DNA of 32,000 nt from an uncultured Actinomycetes bacterium. Its GTDB lineage: Bacteria; Actinomycetota; Actinomycetes; S36-B12; CAIYMF01. The stretch lies in the NCBI GenBank assembly GCA_963843975.1, contig CAWJMG010000003.1:750001-782000 (forward strand), read 5' to 3'. The translations under genes and the position numbers were made by a program. The notes below the pieces were generated by a model. It saw only the letters and a list, made by a program, of their open reading frames with translations, searched no databases and was not told the origin of the DNA. Shown one piece after another: positions 22,433 to 32,000 of this stretch (position 1 is the first letter of the stretch; each line of letters starts with the position of its first letter).

Positions 22433-23473
22433 ATGACGATGGCCACGCAGTCCCCCCTGCAGATCGGCATGGTCGGCCTCGGCCGCATGGGCGCGGGGCT
22501 CGTCCGCCGCCTGATGCGCGACGGACACTCCTGCGTCGTGTTCGACGTCAACCCGGACGCCGTTGCCGCCCTGGTCGCCGACGGCGCCACCGGTGCGGAC
22601 TCGTACGCGGACCTCGCCGCCAAGCTCACCGGCCCGCGCGCGGTCTGGATCATGGTGCCCGCCGGCGCCATCACCGAGTCGACGGTGACGGCCGTGGCCG
22701 AGCACCTCGAGGCCGGGGACACGATCATCGACGGCGGCAACTCGTACTACCGCGACGACATCCGGCGTGCGGCCGAGCTAGGTGCGAAGGGGATCCACTA
22801 CCTCGACGTCGGCACGTCCGGCGGCGTCTACGGCCTCGAGCGCGGCTTCTGCCTGATGCTCGGCGGCGACACCGGCGCCGTCACCCGTCTCGCACCCGTG
22901 TGGCAGACCATCTCCCCCGGCGTCGAGACCGCGCCGCGCACGCCGGGCCGCACCGGCGACATCACCCCCGAGGAAGAGGGCTGGCTGCACTGCGGGCCGG
23001 CCGGTGCCGGCCACTTCGTGAAGATGGTCCACAACGGCATCGAGTACGGCGCCATGGCGGCGTACGCCGAGGGCCTCAACATCCTGGCCAATGCCAACGA
23101 GGGCCTGCGCACCCGCGCCCAGGACGCCGAGACCGCGCCGCTCGACCACCCCGAGTTCTACTCGTACGAGATCGACATCCCGGCCGTCACCGAGGTGTGG
23201 CGCCGGGGCTCGGTGGTCGCCTCCTGGCTGCTCGACCTCACCGCCGCCGCCCTGGTCGAGTCGCCGCAGCTCGAGGAGTTCTCGGGCCGCGTGTCCGACT
23301 CCGGCGAAGGCCGCTGGACTGCCATCGCTGCGATCGAGGAGGGCGTCCCCGCGCCCGTCCTCACGGCCGCGCTCTACCAGCGGTTCTCGAGCCGCGGCAA
23401 CGCGACGTACGCCGACAAGGTGCTGTCGGCCATGCGCAAGCAGTTCGGCGGCCACCACGAGAAGAAGGACTGA
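22433..23473 (+). CDS. gnd: 6-phosphogluconate dehydrogenase (decarboxylating), short-form
   Basis: ATG at 22433 preceded by GAAGG. Rossmann motif IGMVGLGRMGAGL, then IIDGGNSYYRDD, then GTSGGVYGLERGFCLMLGG. The longer ORF 22400..23473 contains it. Confidence 0.88.
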   Translation: MTMATQSPLQIGMVGLGRMGAGLVRRLMRDGHSCVVFDVNPDAVAALVADGATGADSYADLAAKLTGPRAVWIMVPAGAITESTVTAVAEHLEAGDTIIDGGNSYYRDDIRRAAELGAKGIHYLDVGTSGGVYGLERGFCLMLGGDTGAVTRLAPVWQTISPGVETAPRTPGRTGDITPEEEGWLHCGPAGAGHFVKMVHNGIEYGAMAAYAEGLNILANANEGLRTRAQDAETAPLDHPEFYSYEIDIPAVTEVWRRGSVVASWLLDLTAAALVESPQLEEFSGRVSDSGEGRWTAIAAIEEGVPAPVLTAALYQRFSSRGNATYADKVLSAMRKQFGGHHEKKD

Positions 23474-23479
23474 CCGCCC

Positions 23480-24823
23480 TCACCAGCTGAAGCGGTCGCG
23501 CCCGGCGTTCTTGGCCCGGAAGAGGGCCTCGTCTGCACGTCGGACGAGGTCGTCGACGCCGCCGATCCCGTCGTCCCGGACGAGGCCAACGCTCACGCTG
23601 AGCGGTCCGGCGTCGTCGACCCGGAGCGACCGCACGCCGTCGAGAACGGCGGACGCGCGGTGCTCGACCGCCGAGATGTCGGGCGACGCGCGCAGCGCCA
23701 GCACGAACTCGTCACCACCCGTGCGGGCGACCATGTCGTCGTCGCGCACGGCGCGGGACAGCACCCTGGCCACCGCCGCGAGCACCCGGTCCCCGACCGC
23801 GTGGCCGTAGGTGTCGTTCACGCCCTTGAAGTGGTCGACGTCGACATAGAGGACGGCCAGCCCGCGATCGGCGAGGCGTGACTGCGCGATCTGCGCACGC
23901 AGCCAGGCGTAGGCGCTGTCGCGGTTGAGCAGACCTGTGAGCCCGTCATGGTGGGCCATGTGGGCCAGGGCCTCGCGGCGCACGACGTCGGCGTGCACGT
24001 CGCGAAAGGAGACGAGGACACCGTAGTCCTCGCCCTTCGGCCCGCGCATGACGCGCCACACCGCGTTCATCCAGAGCAGGTCGCCGTCCGCGGTGCGCAG
24101 GCGCAGCTCCTCCCGCCCCGACGTCTCGTCGGCGTCCATGAGGGCGCGTGCCCGCGCCCTCGCGGTCTCGCGGTCGAGGTGGTGCACGAGGTCGACCACG
24201 GGTGTGCCCAGGATCCGCTCGGGGTCCCAGCCCAGCACCTCGCGCACCGAGGGCGAGGCCCACTGCACTGTTCCGTCGGTGCCCGCCTCGAGGATGACGT
24301 CGCTCGAGCTCTCGACCATGGCACGCAGCCGCTCGCTCTGCGCTGCCGACTCACGGGCCATGGTGCGGTACGACCGGATCAGCCTCTGCGTCGCCCGGCG
24401 TCCCGCCGGGGTCTCGGACACGTCCCGGAACGTCGCCATCACGCCGAGGGGCTTGTCGTGCTCGTCGAGCAGCAGGTCGGTGTCGATCTCGAGCCAGACG
24501 AACGTCCCGACGTCGTCCGGCGTCGACGCCTCGACGCCCATCGCGAACCCGCGTACCGGGAGGCCGGTGGCCAACGTCCTCATGGACGGGTGCTCCTCGC
24601 CCGGGATGTCCGAGCCCTCGGGCGAGCACGCCTGCCAGCGCGGGTCGAGCGAGCTGACGCCCGTGACGTCGTCCCAGGTCTGGTGCAGGAGCGCCAGCCC
24701 CAGGTCGTCGGCACCGACGATCCTGCCGAGCACGTCCTGCACGACCTGGCCCTCGCCGGGCGCCGCCTCGATGGCCGACGCCGCACGTCGGAGCGCCTCG
24801 TCCACCCCCGGATCCCAGCGCAT
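23480..24823 (-). CDS. Sensor diguanylate cyclase (N-terminal PAS/GAF-like sensor region, PAS, GGDEF)
   Basis: Intact 447-aa ORF. The C-terminal GGDEF domain has an intact active site (DGLTGLLNR...VDVDHFKGVNDTYGH..ARTGGDEFVLAL). A PAS-like segment is AGTDGTVQWASPSVREVLGWDPERILG. Confidence 0.85.
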   Translation of the reverse strand: MRWDPGVDEALRRAASAIEAAPGEGQVVQDVLGRIVGADDLGLALLHQTWDDVTGVSSLDPRWQACSPEGSDIPGEEHPSMRTLATGLPVRGFAMGVEASTPDDVGTFVWLEIDTDLLLDEHDKPLGVMATFRDVSETPAGRRATQRLIRSYRTMARESAAQSERLRAMVESSSDVILEAGTDGTVQWASPSVREVLGWDPERILGTPVVDLVHHLDRETARARARALMDADETSGREELRLRTADGDLLWMNAVWRVMRGPKGEDYGVLVSFRDVHADVVRREALAHMAHHDGLTGLLNRDSAYAWLRAQIAQSRLADRGLAVLYVDVDHFKGVNDTYGHAVGDRVLAAVARVLSRAVRDDDMVARTGGDEFVLALRASPDISAVEHRASAVLDGVRSLRVDDAGPLSVSVGLVRDDGIGGVDDLVRRADEALFRAKNAGRDRFSW

Positions 24824-24923
24824 CGCGCCCAGCCTCTCCCCGCCGCTGTGGTCACGACGACCCTAGCGACGACCACCGGGGCGTAGCAGCGCGAAGATCG
24901 CGGCTACCGCAGCCGGGCCGGGA

Positions 24924-26162
24924 TCAGAGCGTGACGCCGAGGAGCGCCTCGGCGAGGTCGCGCACGACCGCACCGGCAGCGGCGTCCTCATGTCCCGCTG
25001 CCCCGCCGCGCAGGCGCGTGGCCTCGGACCAGCGGTCGATGGCCGCGAGGGCACCGGGGGCGTCGAGGTCGTCGGCGAGGCAGGCGCGGACCTCGGAGAG
25101 CACGTCGTCCGCGGGCGCTGAGAGCGGCGCGGCCACAGCCTCGCGCCACGCGGCGAGCCGTGCCTCGGCCTCAGCCAGGCCCGCGTCGGTCCAGTCCCAG
25201 TCGTGGCGGTAGTGGTTCGCGAGGATCGCGAGCCTGATCGCGGCCGGGTCGGTGCCGGCGAGGCGGATCTTCGAGACGAACGCCAGGTTGCCCTTGGACT
25301 TGCTCATCTTCTCGCCGTCGAGCCGCACCATGCCGGCGTGCGTGTAGTGCCGGGCGTACGGCCACGCACCGGTCGCGACGTGGGCCTCGGACGCACCCAT
25401 CTCGTGGTGCGGGAACGCGAGGTCGCTGCCGCCGCCCTGCACGTCGAGGGGTGAGGCGAGGTGGTCCAGCGCGATGGCCGTGCACTCGATGTGCCAGCCG
25501 GGGCGGCCGCGGCCGAACTGGCTGTCCCACGCCGGCTCCCCCGGCCGCTCGAGCTGCCACAGGAGGCAGTCGAGAGGGTGCTGCTTGCCCGCGCGGTCGG
25601 GGTCGCCGCCCCGCTCGGAGAAGATCTCGAGCATGCGGTCGAGGTCGAGCCCGGCGACCGAGCCGAACCGCTGGTCGGCGTGCACCCGGAAGTAGAGGTC
25701 GCCGTCGACCGAGTAGACCGCACCGGCAGACTGCAGCTTCTCGATGTAGGACAGCACGGCGGGGATCGACTCGACCGCGCCGATGTAGTGCTTGGGCGGC
25801 AGGACGTGCAGAGCCGTCATGTCCTCGCGGAAGAGCTGGGTCTCGCGGTCGGCGAGGGCCATCCAGTCGTCGCCGGTGTCGAGGGCGCGCGCGAGCAGCG
25901 GGTCGTCGACGTCGGTGACGTTCTGCACGTAGTCGACCTCGTGGCCGGCGTCGAGCCACACGCGCTGGACGAGGTCGAACGTGATGTAGGTGGCCGCGTG
26001 GCCGATGTGGGTCGCGTCGTACGGCGTGATCCCGCAGACGTAGATGCGGGCCACCGGACCGGGCGCGGTCGGGCGCACCTCTCCGGTGGACGTGTCGTGC
26101 AGGCGCAGCGGGAGCCCGTGCCCCGGCAGCGTCGGGACGTCAGGGGCAGTCCATGCTCGCAT
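24924..26162 (-). CDS. mshC: Cysteine--1-D-myo-inosityl 2-amino-2-deoxy-alpha-D-glucopyranoside ligase (mycothiol biosynthesis)
   Basis: Intact 412-aa ORF with a class I tRNA-synthetase-like fold. HIGH-type motif ([14 protein letters not shown]) and KMSKS ([10 protein letters not shown]). The N-terminus [29 protein letters not shown] is typical of MshC rather than CysS. Confidence 0.9.
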   Translation of the reverse strand: MRAWTAPDVPTLPGHGLPLRLHDTSTGEVRPTAPGPVARIYVCGITPYDATHIGHAATYITFDLVQRVWLDAGHEVDYVQNVTDVDDPLLARALDTGDDWMALADRETQLFREDMTALHVLPPKHYIGAVESIPAVLSYIEKLQSAGAVYSVDGDLYFRVHADQRFGSVAGLDLDRMLEIFSERGGDPDRAGKQHPLDCLLWQLERPGEPAWDSQFGRGRPGWHIECTAIALDHLASPLDVQGGGSDLAFPHHEMGASEAHVATGAWPYARHYTHAGMVRLDGEKMSKSKGNLAFVSKIRLAGTDPAAIRLAILANHYRHDWDWTDAGLAEAEARLAAWREAVAAPLSAPADDVLSEVRACLADDLDAPGALAAIDRWSEATRLRGGAAGHEDAAAGAVVRDLAEALLGVTL

Positions 26163-26226
26163 GGGCGCGATCCTATGCGCGCTGCGCCGTGGCCACCCGG
26201 GCGGTGCCTCGACCGTGGCGGACAGC

Positions 26227-27053
26227 TCAGAACGCGGGCCAGGGCAGCGACGGCCAGCCGTCGCCCGGCAGCGGGTGCGCGCCCTCGCGGATGCGCCGCA
26301 TGACCCGCTGCTTGGTGCGCGCGAGCTCGCGTCGCGTGAGCAGCTCCGACACCTCGGTGCCGAGGTCGCCGTCGAGGGCGTCGAGGAGCCGCTCGAGATC
26401 GTCGGACATCCCCTCGTCGAGCGGCTCGCCCGCCCAGCCCCACAGGACCGTGCGCAGCTTCTCGTCCTCGCTGAAGGTCACTCCGTGGTCGACGCCGTAC
26501 GTGCCGAGGTCGGCGCCGTCCTGCACGCGTCCGCGGAGCACGTGACCGCCCTTGCGGTCGGCGTTGTTGACCAGCGAGTCGAAGACCGACATCCGGCGCA
26601 GGTCGGCGTCGTCGGCGTGCACCAGCGTGACGGGCCGCCCGCCCTCGCCGTGCGCGTCGATGACCTCGAGCCAGCCCGTCGGGACCAGGCCGCGGTCCAC
26701 GACGTCCACCAGGCCCCCGCCCGGCTCCATCTCTCCCCCGCCGTCCGGCGTGACCCACGCCTGCGCCATGCCCTGGCCGAAGGGTCCCTCGTCGCGCCAC
26801 ACGGTCGGCGGGACGAGGTGCCACCCGAGCGCGTCGCTGACGGCGTACGCCGCGACCTCGCGCATCCCGAGCGTGCCCTCGGGGAAGTCCCACAGCGGGC
26901 GCTCCCCGGCCGTCGGCTTGTAGACGGCCGTCAACGTGACCCCCTCGAGGACGCAGCTGGTCAGGAGCGTGGCGTTGCTCGCGTCGACCAGACGGCCCTC
27001 GACCGTCAGCGCCCCGTGCCGCAGCACCTCGAGCAGGTCGTCGTGGGTCAGCA
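26227..27053 (-). CDS. SCO1664-family protein (PI3/PI4-kinase-like fold, function unknown)
   Basis: GTG at 27053, 5 nt after the DUF3090 stop, inside ORF 26227..27192. Kinase-like catalytic-loop sequence [16 protein letters not shown] followed by GVDHGVTF. Confidence 0.72.
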
Positions 27054-27058
27054 CGGCG

Positions 27059-27616
27059 TCAGCGGCGGTAGCCGTTGGCCCGCGGGCAGATGTGCCCGCT
27101 CGGCTCGAGCGGGAGGTTGCAGAAGGGGCAGGGCGGCCGTCCGGCCGCGACCACCGACAGCGCCCGCTTGCAGAAGGCGCGGCCCTGCGCACCGGTGAGG
27201 CGCACGCGCAGGACGGTGGGGCCGTCGTCCGGGTCCTCCTCGAGGTCGGGCACCTCGTCCTCGTCCTCGACGACCTCGTGGGCCTCGATGATCAGCAGCT
27301 CGTTGTCGCCGTTCCAGCCGAGGCCCATCGCCCCGACGCGGAACTCCTCGACCACCGGCGGCTCGAGCGGGTCGAGGTCGTCGCTGCCGATCGGGGCGGT
27401 GGCCGGAACGGACGCCTCGCCACCGGTACGGCGCACGACCTCGTCGAGGAGTGCGTCGACCCGCTCCGCAAGCACCTGCACCTGGGACTTCTCGAGCGCG
27501 ACCGAGACGACGCGCGCGCCGTCTCGGGCCTGGAGGTAGAACTGCCGCTCACCGGGCTGGCCGACGGTGCCCGCCACGAAGCGCTCGGGCTGGTCGAAGA
27601 GGTGGACCTGACGCAC
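27059..27616 (-). CDS. DUF3090 domain protein (185 aa, function unknown)
   Basis: Intact ORF. MRQVHLFDQPERFVAGTVGQPGERQFYLQARDG..., an acidic central region, and a C-terminal Cys/His cluster CPFCNLPLEPSGHICPRANGYRR. Confidence 0.75.
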   Translation of the reverse strand: MRQVHLFDQPERFVAGTVGQPGERQFYLQARDGARVVSVALEKSQVQVLAERVDALLDEVVRRTGGEASVPATAPIGSDDLDPLEPPVVEEFRVGAMGLGWNGDNELLIIEAHEVVEDEDEVPDLEEDPDDGPTVLRVRLTGAQGRAFCKRALSVVAAGRPPCPFCNLPLEPSGHICPRANGYRR

Positions 27617-27652
27617 CCGCCGACCCTATCCCGGGCCCGTCGCGGGTGCCTT

Positions 27653-28378
27653 TCAGTGCGGTGAGGCGCCGGAGCCGCCGCCGACGACCGCGTCCGAGCT
27701 GGCCGCCTTCGAGCGCCGCCCCGGCTTCTTCTTCGGCGGCACGAGCCCTGCGACGTCGCCCCCGGTGTCGTTCTGCCGCAGGACGAACGGGCGCAGATCG
27801 GTGTACCTGACGACCGTGACCGAGCACGGGTCGATCGCGATGCGCTGGAAGGAGTCGAGGTGCATCCCGAGCGCGTCCGCGACGATCGCCTTGATGACGT
27901 CTCCGTGCGAGACGACGGCATACGTCACGTCGGGCCCGTGCTCCGCCGTGAGCCGTGCGTTCCAGTCGCGCACGGCGGCGACCGCGCGCGCGGACATGTC
28001 CGCGAGGCCCTCGCCCTCGGGGCCGGGGAAGACCGCAGCGCTCGGGTGGCTCTGCACCACCTTCCACAACGGCTCCTTGGCGAGGGTCTTCAGCTCGCGG
28101 TTGGTCCAGTCGCCGTAGCGGCACTCCCCCACGCGCTCGTCGACGTGCAGGGCGGGCAGCGGGTCTCGTCCTGCCAGCAGGTGCTCGGAGGTCTCGCGGG
28201 TGCGCTCGAGCGGGCTCGTGACGACCGCGGCCAGCGGCACGGGCAGGAGGCGGGCGCCGACGGCCGCGGCCTGGGTGCGGCCGACATCGTCCAGCGAGAT
28301 GCCCGGGGTCCAGCCGGCGAGGACGCCGCCCGCGTTCGCCGGGGTGCGGCCGTGCCGCACGAGGATCACCGTGGCCAT
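27653..28378 (-). CDS. Histidine phosphatase superfamily protein (MSMEG_4193-type putative phosphomutase)
   Basis: Intact 241-aa ORF with the RHG catalytic motif at the N-terminus (TVILVRHGRTPANAGGVLAGW). A second His motif is VVSHGDVIKAI. Confidence 0.8.
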   Translation of the reverse strand: MATVILVRHGRTPANAGGVLAGWTPGISLDDVGRTQAAAVGARLLPVPLAAVVTSPLERTRETSEHLLAGRDPLPALHVDERVGECRYGDWTNRELKTLAKEPLWKVVQSHPSAAVFPGPEGEGLADMSARAVAAVRDWNARLTAEHGPDVTYAVVSHGDVIKAIVADALGMHLDSFQRIAIDPCSVTVVRYTDLRPFVLRQNDTGGDVAGLVPPKKKPGRRSKAASSDAVVGGGSGASPH

Positions 28379-28428
28379 GCGCCGACCCTACGGGCCTCCG
28401 GGTCTTCTGGCCCGTGGGCTGACACGAT

Positions 28429-29458
28429 GTGGTGGTGATCAGAGGAGTAGGGCTCTACTGCGACGGCAAGCCGCGGCCGGACGGCGTCGTGCCGATCGTC
28501 GCCGGCACCTCCTTCGACGAGGCCGACGCCCGCGTGCTCGCCTCGCTCTGGCAGGAGGCCAAGGACGCCGGGCCCGCCAGCTTCGTCTGGCTCGGCCTGC
28601 GCAACGTCGACCACGACGAGCTCGACCCGCGCGGCCGACGTCCTCGGGCTCGACGAGCTCCTCGTCGAGGACGCCCTGTCGGTCACTCAGCGTGCGAAGG
28701 TCGAGGTGGACGGCGACCGCGTGACCGCCGTGTTCAAGATCCTCGGCTACGTCGAGGCGACGTCCGACGTCGAGACCGGGCAGATCGCGGTCTTCGTCGG
28801 CCCGTCGTTCGTGCTGTCGGTGCGCATGGGCGAGCCCGGCGACCTGCGCGACATGCGAGCACGGCTCGAGGGCGACACCGAGCTGCTCGCGGCCGGGCCC
28901 CTGGCGGTGCTGCACGGCATCCTGGACGTCGTCGTCGACGGGTACACGGTCGTGGCGGAGGAGCTCGGCGTCGACATCGAGCAGGTCGAGGAGCAGGTCT
29001 TCTCCCCCGTCCGCACCGACGATGCCGAGACCATCTACAAGCTCAAGCGCGAGAACCTCGAGCTGCGCCGCGCGGTCGAGCCCCTGACCCCGGTGGCCGA
29101 CGACCTGCTGCGGGGACAGCTCATCGAGATCCCCGACGTGCTCCGGCCTTACTACCGTGATCTGGGCGACCACCTCCTGCGCGCGAGCGACCTGTCCACC
29201 CAGCACGACAACCTGCTCGGCGCCGCGCTGGAGGCCTCGCGCTCGCGCCAGGCGGTTCAGCAGAACGAGGACATGCGCAAGATCTCGGCCTGGGTCGCCA
29301 TCGCCGCGATCCCCACCGCCATCGCGGCGATCTACGGCATGAACTTCCAGGACATGCCCGAGCTGCGCTGGGAGTTCGGCTACCCCGCGGTGATGATCGT
29401 GATCGGCGGCAGCATGTTCGCCCTCTACCGCGCCTTCAAGCGCAGCGGCTGGCTCTAG
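28429..29458 (+). pseudogene. corA: CorA-family Mg2+/Co2+ transporter, frame interrupted by one extra base at about 28630
   Basis: ORF 28429..29160 gives MVVIRGVGLYCDGKP...FVWLGLRNVDHDELDP. It continues as AADVLGLDELLVEDALSVTQRAKVEVDGDRVTAVFKILGY... in ORF 28706..29458, ending with the YGMNF (GMN) motif and two TM helices. The repaired length is 342 aa. Confidence 0.88.
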
Positions 29459-29471
29459 CCCCCGGCGGCGC

Positions 29472-30302
29472 TCAGGTGGCGGCGATGACCCCGCCGTACA
29501 CGAGGCCCAGGATGATGATGCCGACCACGACGCGGTAGGCGCCGAAGACCAGCATCGAGTGGCGGGTGAGCCAGCGCAGCAGCCAGGCGATCGACGCGTA
29601 GCCGACGACGAAGGCGACGACCGTGGCGATGATGGTCGGCAGCAGCTCGGGGCCGCCGCCGTCGCCGATCTTGCGGGCCTCGAACAGGCCCGACAGCACC
29701 ACGGCGGGGATCGACAGCAGGAACGAGAACCGGGCGGCTGCCTCGCGGGTGAAGCCGAGACCGCGGCCGGCGGTGATGGTCGAGCCGGAGCGCGAGACGC
29801 CCGGGATCAGCGCGAGCGCCTGCGCGAGGCCGAAGAGCAGTCCGTCGCGCAGGGAGAGGTCCTCGGTCTCCTTGCGCTGCGGCGCGAAGCGGTCGACGGC
29901 CCACAGGATCACGCCGAACACGATGAGCACCCAGCCGATGAGGCGGAGATCGCGTGCGCCGGTGGAGATCTGGTCCTTGAACACGAAGCCGAAGATGCCG
30001 ATGGGGACGGTGCCGAGGACGATGTACCAGCCCATGCGGGCGTCGAGGGTGCCCCGCAGCTCGGGCGTCCACAGCGACCGCGCCCAGGCCGAGATGATCC
30101 GCACGATGTCGCGCCAGAAGAACAGCAGGACGGCGGCCATCGTGCCGAGCTGGATGACGGCCGTGAACGCTGCTCCGGGGTCGTCCCAGCCGAGGAGCGC
30201 CGGGACGATGCGCAGGTGCGCGGTGCTGGAGATCGGCAGGAACTCGGTGAGGCCCTGGATGATGCCGAGGACGATCGCCTGGAAGATGTTCACGCCGCTC
30301 AC
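29472..30302 (-). CDS. uppP: Undecaprenyl-diphosphate phosphatase
   Basis: Intact 276-aa polytopic membrane [20 protein letters not shown] and [10 protein letters not shown] are signature motifs of UppP/BacA. Confidence 0.92.
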   Translation of the reverse strand: MSGVNIFQAIVLGIIQGLTEFLPISSTAHLRIVPALLGWDDPGAAFTAVIQLGTMAAVLLFFWRDIVRIISAWARSLWTPELRGTLDARMGWYIVLGTVPIGIFGFVFKDQISTGARDLRLIGWVLIVFGVILWAVDRFAPQRKETEDLSLRDGLLFGLAQALALIPGVSRSGSTITAGRGLGFTREAAARFSFLLSIPAVVLSGLFEARKIGDGGGPELLPTIIATVVAFVVGYASIAWLLRWLTRHSMLVFGAYRVVVGIIILGLVYGGVIAAT

Positions 30303-31348
30303 TCACTGAGGCCGGATGCGTCGAGCACCTCGGCCGTCGTCCGAAGGGTCTCGATCCGCTCGTCGAGCGAACCGGCGTACGTCGCGATCGTCAGCGTGGT
30401 GACGCCGGCGTCGGCATATGCGTGCAGCCGCTCCTGCACCCGCTCGCGCGGGCCGATCAGGGAGGTGCGGTCGATGAACTCGAACGGCACCGCGGCACCT
30501 GCGCCTGCGTAGTCACGGGCGAGGTACTTCTCCTGCACCTCCGCGGCCTCGGCGTCGTAGCCCATGCGCACCGCGAGCTGGTTGTAGAAGTTCTTATCGC
30601 GGCTGCCCATCCCGCCGATGTAGAGCGCGCTGTAGCCGCGCATCGCGTCCGCACACGCCGCCACGTCGTCGCCGTACGCGATCGGGACTGTGGGGACGAC
30701 GTCGAAGCCCTCGAGCGTCTTGCCGACCTTGGCGCGGCCGGTGGAGATCGAGGCGAGGTGCTCGGACGCGTGCTCGGGCGAGAAGAAGATGCCGAGCCAG
30801 CCGTCGGCGATCTCGCCGGTGAGCTCGAGGTTCTTCGGGCCGATCGCCGCGAGGTAGACCGGGATGTGCTCGCGCACCGGGTGGACGGTGAGTGTCAGCG
30901 CCTTGCCCGGGCCGTCGGGAAGAGGCAGCGTGAAGAACTCGCCGTCGAAGCTGACGCGCTCGCGGCGCAGCGCCTTCTCGACGATCGCGACGTACTCACG
31001 GGTGCGGGCCAGCGGCTTGTCGAACCGGACGCCGTGCCAGCCCTCGGACACCTGCGGGCCGGAGACGCCGAGGCCGAGACGGAAGCGTCCGCCCGAGAGC
31101 GTGTCGAGCGTCGCGGCCGTCATGGCGGTCATGGCCGGCGTGCGGGCGGGGATCTGGAAGATCGCCGAGCCGACGTCGATCCGCTCGGTCTGGGCCGCGA
31201 CCCAGGCGAGGACGCTGACGACGTCCGAGCCGTAGGCCTCGGCGGCCCAGGCGACGGCGTAGCCGAGGCGGTCGGCCTCGCGCGCGAGGGCGAGGTTGTC
31301 GGCGTCGTTGCCCGCGCCCCAGTAGCCGAGGTTGATGCCGAGGCGCAT
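30299..31348 (-). CDS. LLM-class F420-dependent oxidoreductase
   Basis: Intact 349-aa ORF with a luciferase-like monooxygenase fold: [13 protein letters not shown]...[34 protein letters not shown]. Its stop overlaps the uppP start by 4 nt. Confidence 0.82.
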   Translation of the reverse strand: MRLGINLGYWGAGNDADNLALAREADRLGYAVAWAAEAYGSDVVSVLAWVAAQTERIDVGSAIFQIPARTPAMTAMTAATLDTLSGGRFRLGLGVSGPQVSEGWHGVRFDKPLARTREYVAIVEKALRRERVSFDGEFFTLPLPDGPGKALTLTVHPVREHIPVYLAAIGPKNLELTGEIADGWLGIFFSPEHASEHLASISTGRAKVGKTLEGFDVVPTVPIAYGDDVAACADAMRGYSALYIGGMGSRDKNFYNQLAVRMGYDAEAAEVQEKYLARDYAGAGAAVPFEFIDRTSLIGPRERVQERLHAYADAGVTTLTIATYAGSLDERIETLRTTAEVLDASGLSE

Positions 31349-31529
31349 GCACTCGCCCTTCCAGGTCGTCGGCCCACCCCGAGATCGTCCGGAGCAGGTG
31401 GTCGCCCGGAGGCCGTGCGACCGCTCCGAGCGTAGTCGGGCCAGGTAAACGGTCGGTCATCCGACGCACCCGTCCGGCCCCGGCTCGTCGCGCCGGAACT
31501 CGGCGGGCCGGGCACTACTGTCGTGGACC

Positions 31530-32000
31530 ATGGAGCTCCGCCCCCTCGGCCGTTCGGGCCTGCACGTGTCCCGTCTCGCGCTCGGCACGATGACCTGGGG
31601 CCGTGACACCGACGAGCACGAGGCCCGCGACCAATTCCTCGCCTTCGTCGAGCAGGGCGGCACCCTCGTCGACACCGCCGACGTCTACGCCGACGGCCTC
31701 TCCGAGCAGATCGTCGGCCGCCTCGTCGCCGAGGTGGGCCGCGACTCCGTCGTCGTCGCCACCAAGGCGGTCTCGCGCGGCGGCACGGCCCGCCGGTTCG
31801 ACGCGTCGAGGGGCCACCTGCTCCGAGCCCTCGACGGCTCCCTCGCCCGCCTCGGGCTCGACCATGTCGACGTGTGGCAGCTGCACGCCTGGGACCCGCT
31901 CACCCCGCTCGAGGAGACCCTCGCTGCGGTGGACGCGGCGGTGGCCTCGGGCAAGGTGCGGTACGCCGGCATCAGCAACTACAGCGGCTGGCAGACCGCC
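31530..32000 (+). CDS. Aldo/keto reductase family oxidoreductase, N-terminal 157 codons (3' end beyond window)
   Basis: Absent from the ORF track because it runs off the right edge. ATG at 31530: MELRPLGRSGLHVSRLALGTMTWGRDTDEHEARDQFLAFVEQGGTLVDTADVYADGLSEQIVGRL...LDHVDVWQLHAWDP...GKVRYAGISNYSGWQTA. This is a typical AKR N-terminal half. Confidence 0.85.
   Translation, partial: MELRPLGRSGLHVSRLALGTMTWGRDTDEHEARDQFLAFVEQGGTLVDTADVYADGLSEQIVGRLVAEVGRDSVVVATKAVSRGGTARRFDASRGHLLRALDGSLARLGLDHVDVWQLHAWDPLTPLEETLAAVDAAVASGKVRYAGISNYSGWQTA

Noticed and set aside
20272-23490. 1072-aa plus-strand ORF, the longest in the track
   Set aside because: Its first ~2.1 kb runs antisense to the well-supported pgi gene. 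It then runs out of frame through the gnd gene. The translation is Arg/Ala/Pro/Gly-rich low-complexity sequence with no recognisable domain. Long stop-free alternative frames are expected at this GC content.
28439-29206. 255-aa minus-strand ORF opposite corA
   Set aside because: It is antisense to the CorA coding sequence, which carries the GMN motif and TM helices, and its translation is low-complexity Arg/Ala/Asp-rich. It is a shadow ORF.

Overview
This is a chromosomal core region of a high-GC (roughly 70%+) actinobacterium. Gene order matches the Pup-proteasome neighbourhood I recall from Mycobacterium and Nocardioides-type genomes.

Gene content, left to right:
- Minus strand: pafB (partial), two FKBP PPIases, pafA, prcA, prcB, pup, dop, arc, trmI.
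- Then a DUF1801 protein, an M50/CBS protease, a RecB-like PD-(D/E)XK nuclease and a MacB-type ABC transporter (ATPase plus 850-aa double-FtsX permease).
- Then a HAD hydrolase, metH, a PAC2-family protein, pgi, a short-form 6-phosphogluconate dehydrogenase and a PAS-GGDEF cyclase.
- Then mshC preceded by the SCO1664-family / DUF3090 / histidine-phosphatase triad, corA, uppP, an LLM F420-type oxidoreductase and a partial aldo/keto reductase.

I found no rRNA, tRNA, CRISPR array, transposase, integrase or defence-island content.

The main signal is not a new gene system. Eight conserved genes (pafA, prcA, prcB, dop, arc, a HAD hydrolase, metH, corA) are cut into ORF fragments by about 49 single-base indels: 47 insertions and 2 deletions.
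- The indels fall in three positional clusters, at about 2.96-8.09 kb, 16.04-19.55 kb and 28.63 kb.
- About 18 kb of interspersed coding sequence has no frame break.
- The encoded proteins remain highly conserved between the breaks.
- Every insertion can be explained by an extra G or C.
- Nine junctions share the sense-strand context CGCAG.

I read this as most likely a localised consensus or assembly error. Very recent insertion mutagenesis is the alternative, and programmed recoding is unlikely. It needs read-level verification.

Secondary points are the uncharacterised kinase-like / DUF3090 / phosphatase triad apparently in an operon with mshC, a PAC2-family gene near the proteasome locus, and a perfect 21-bp inverted repeat between fkbp and pafB. 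Homologue comparisons were made from memory, so indel positions are good to a few nucleotides only.
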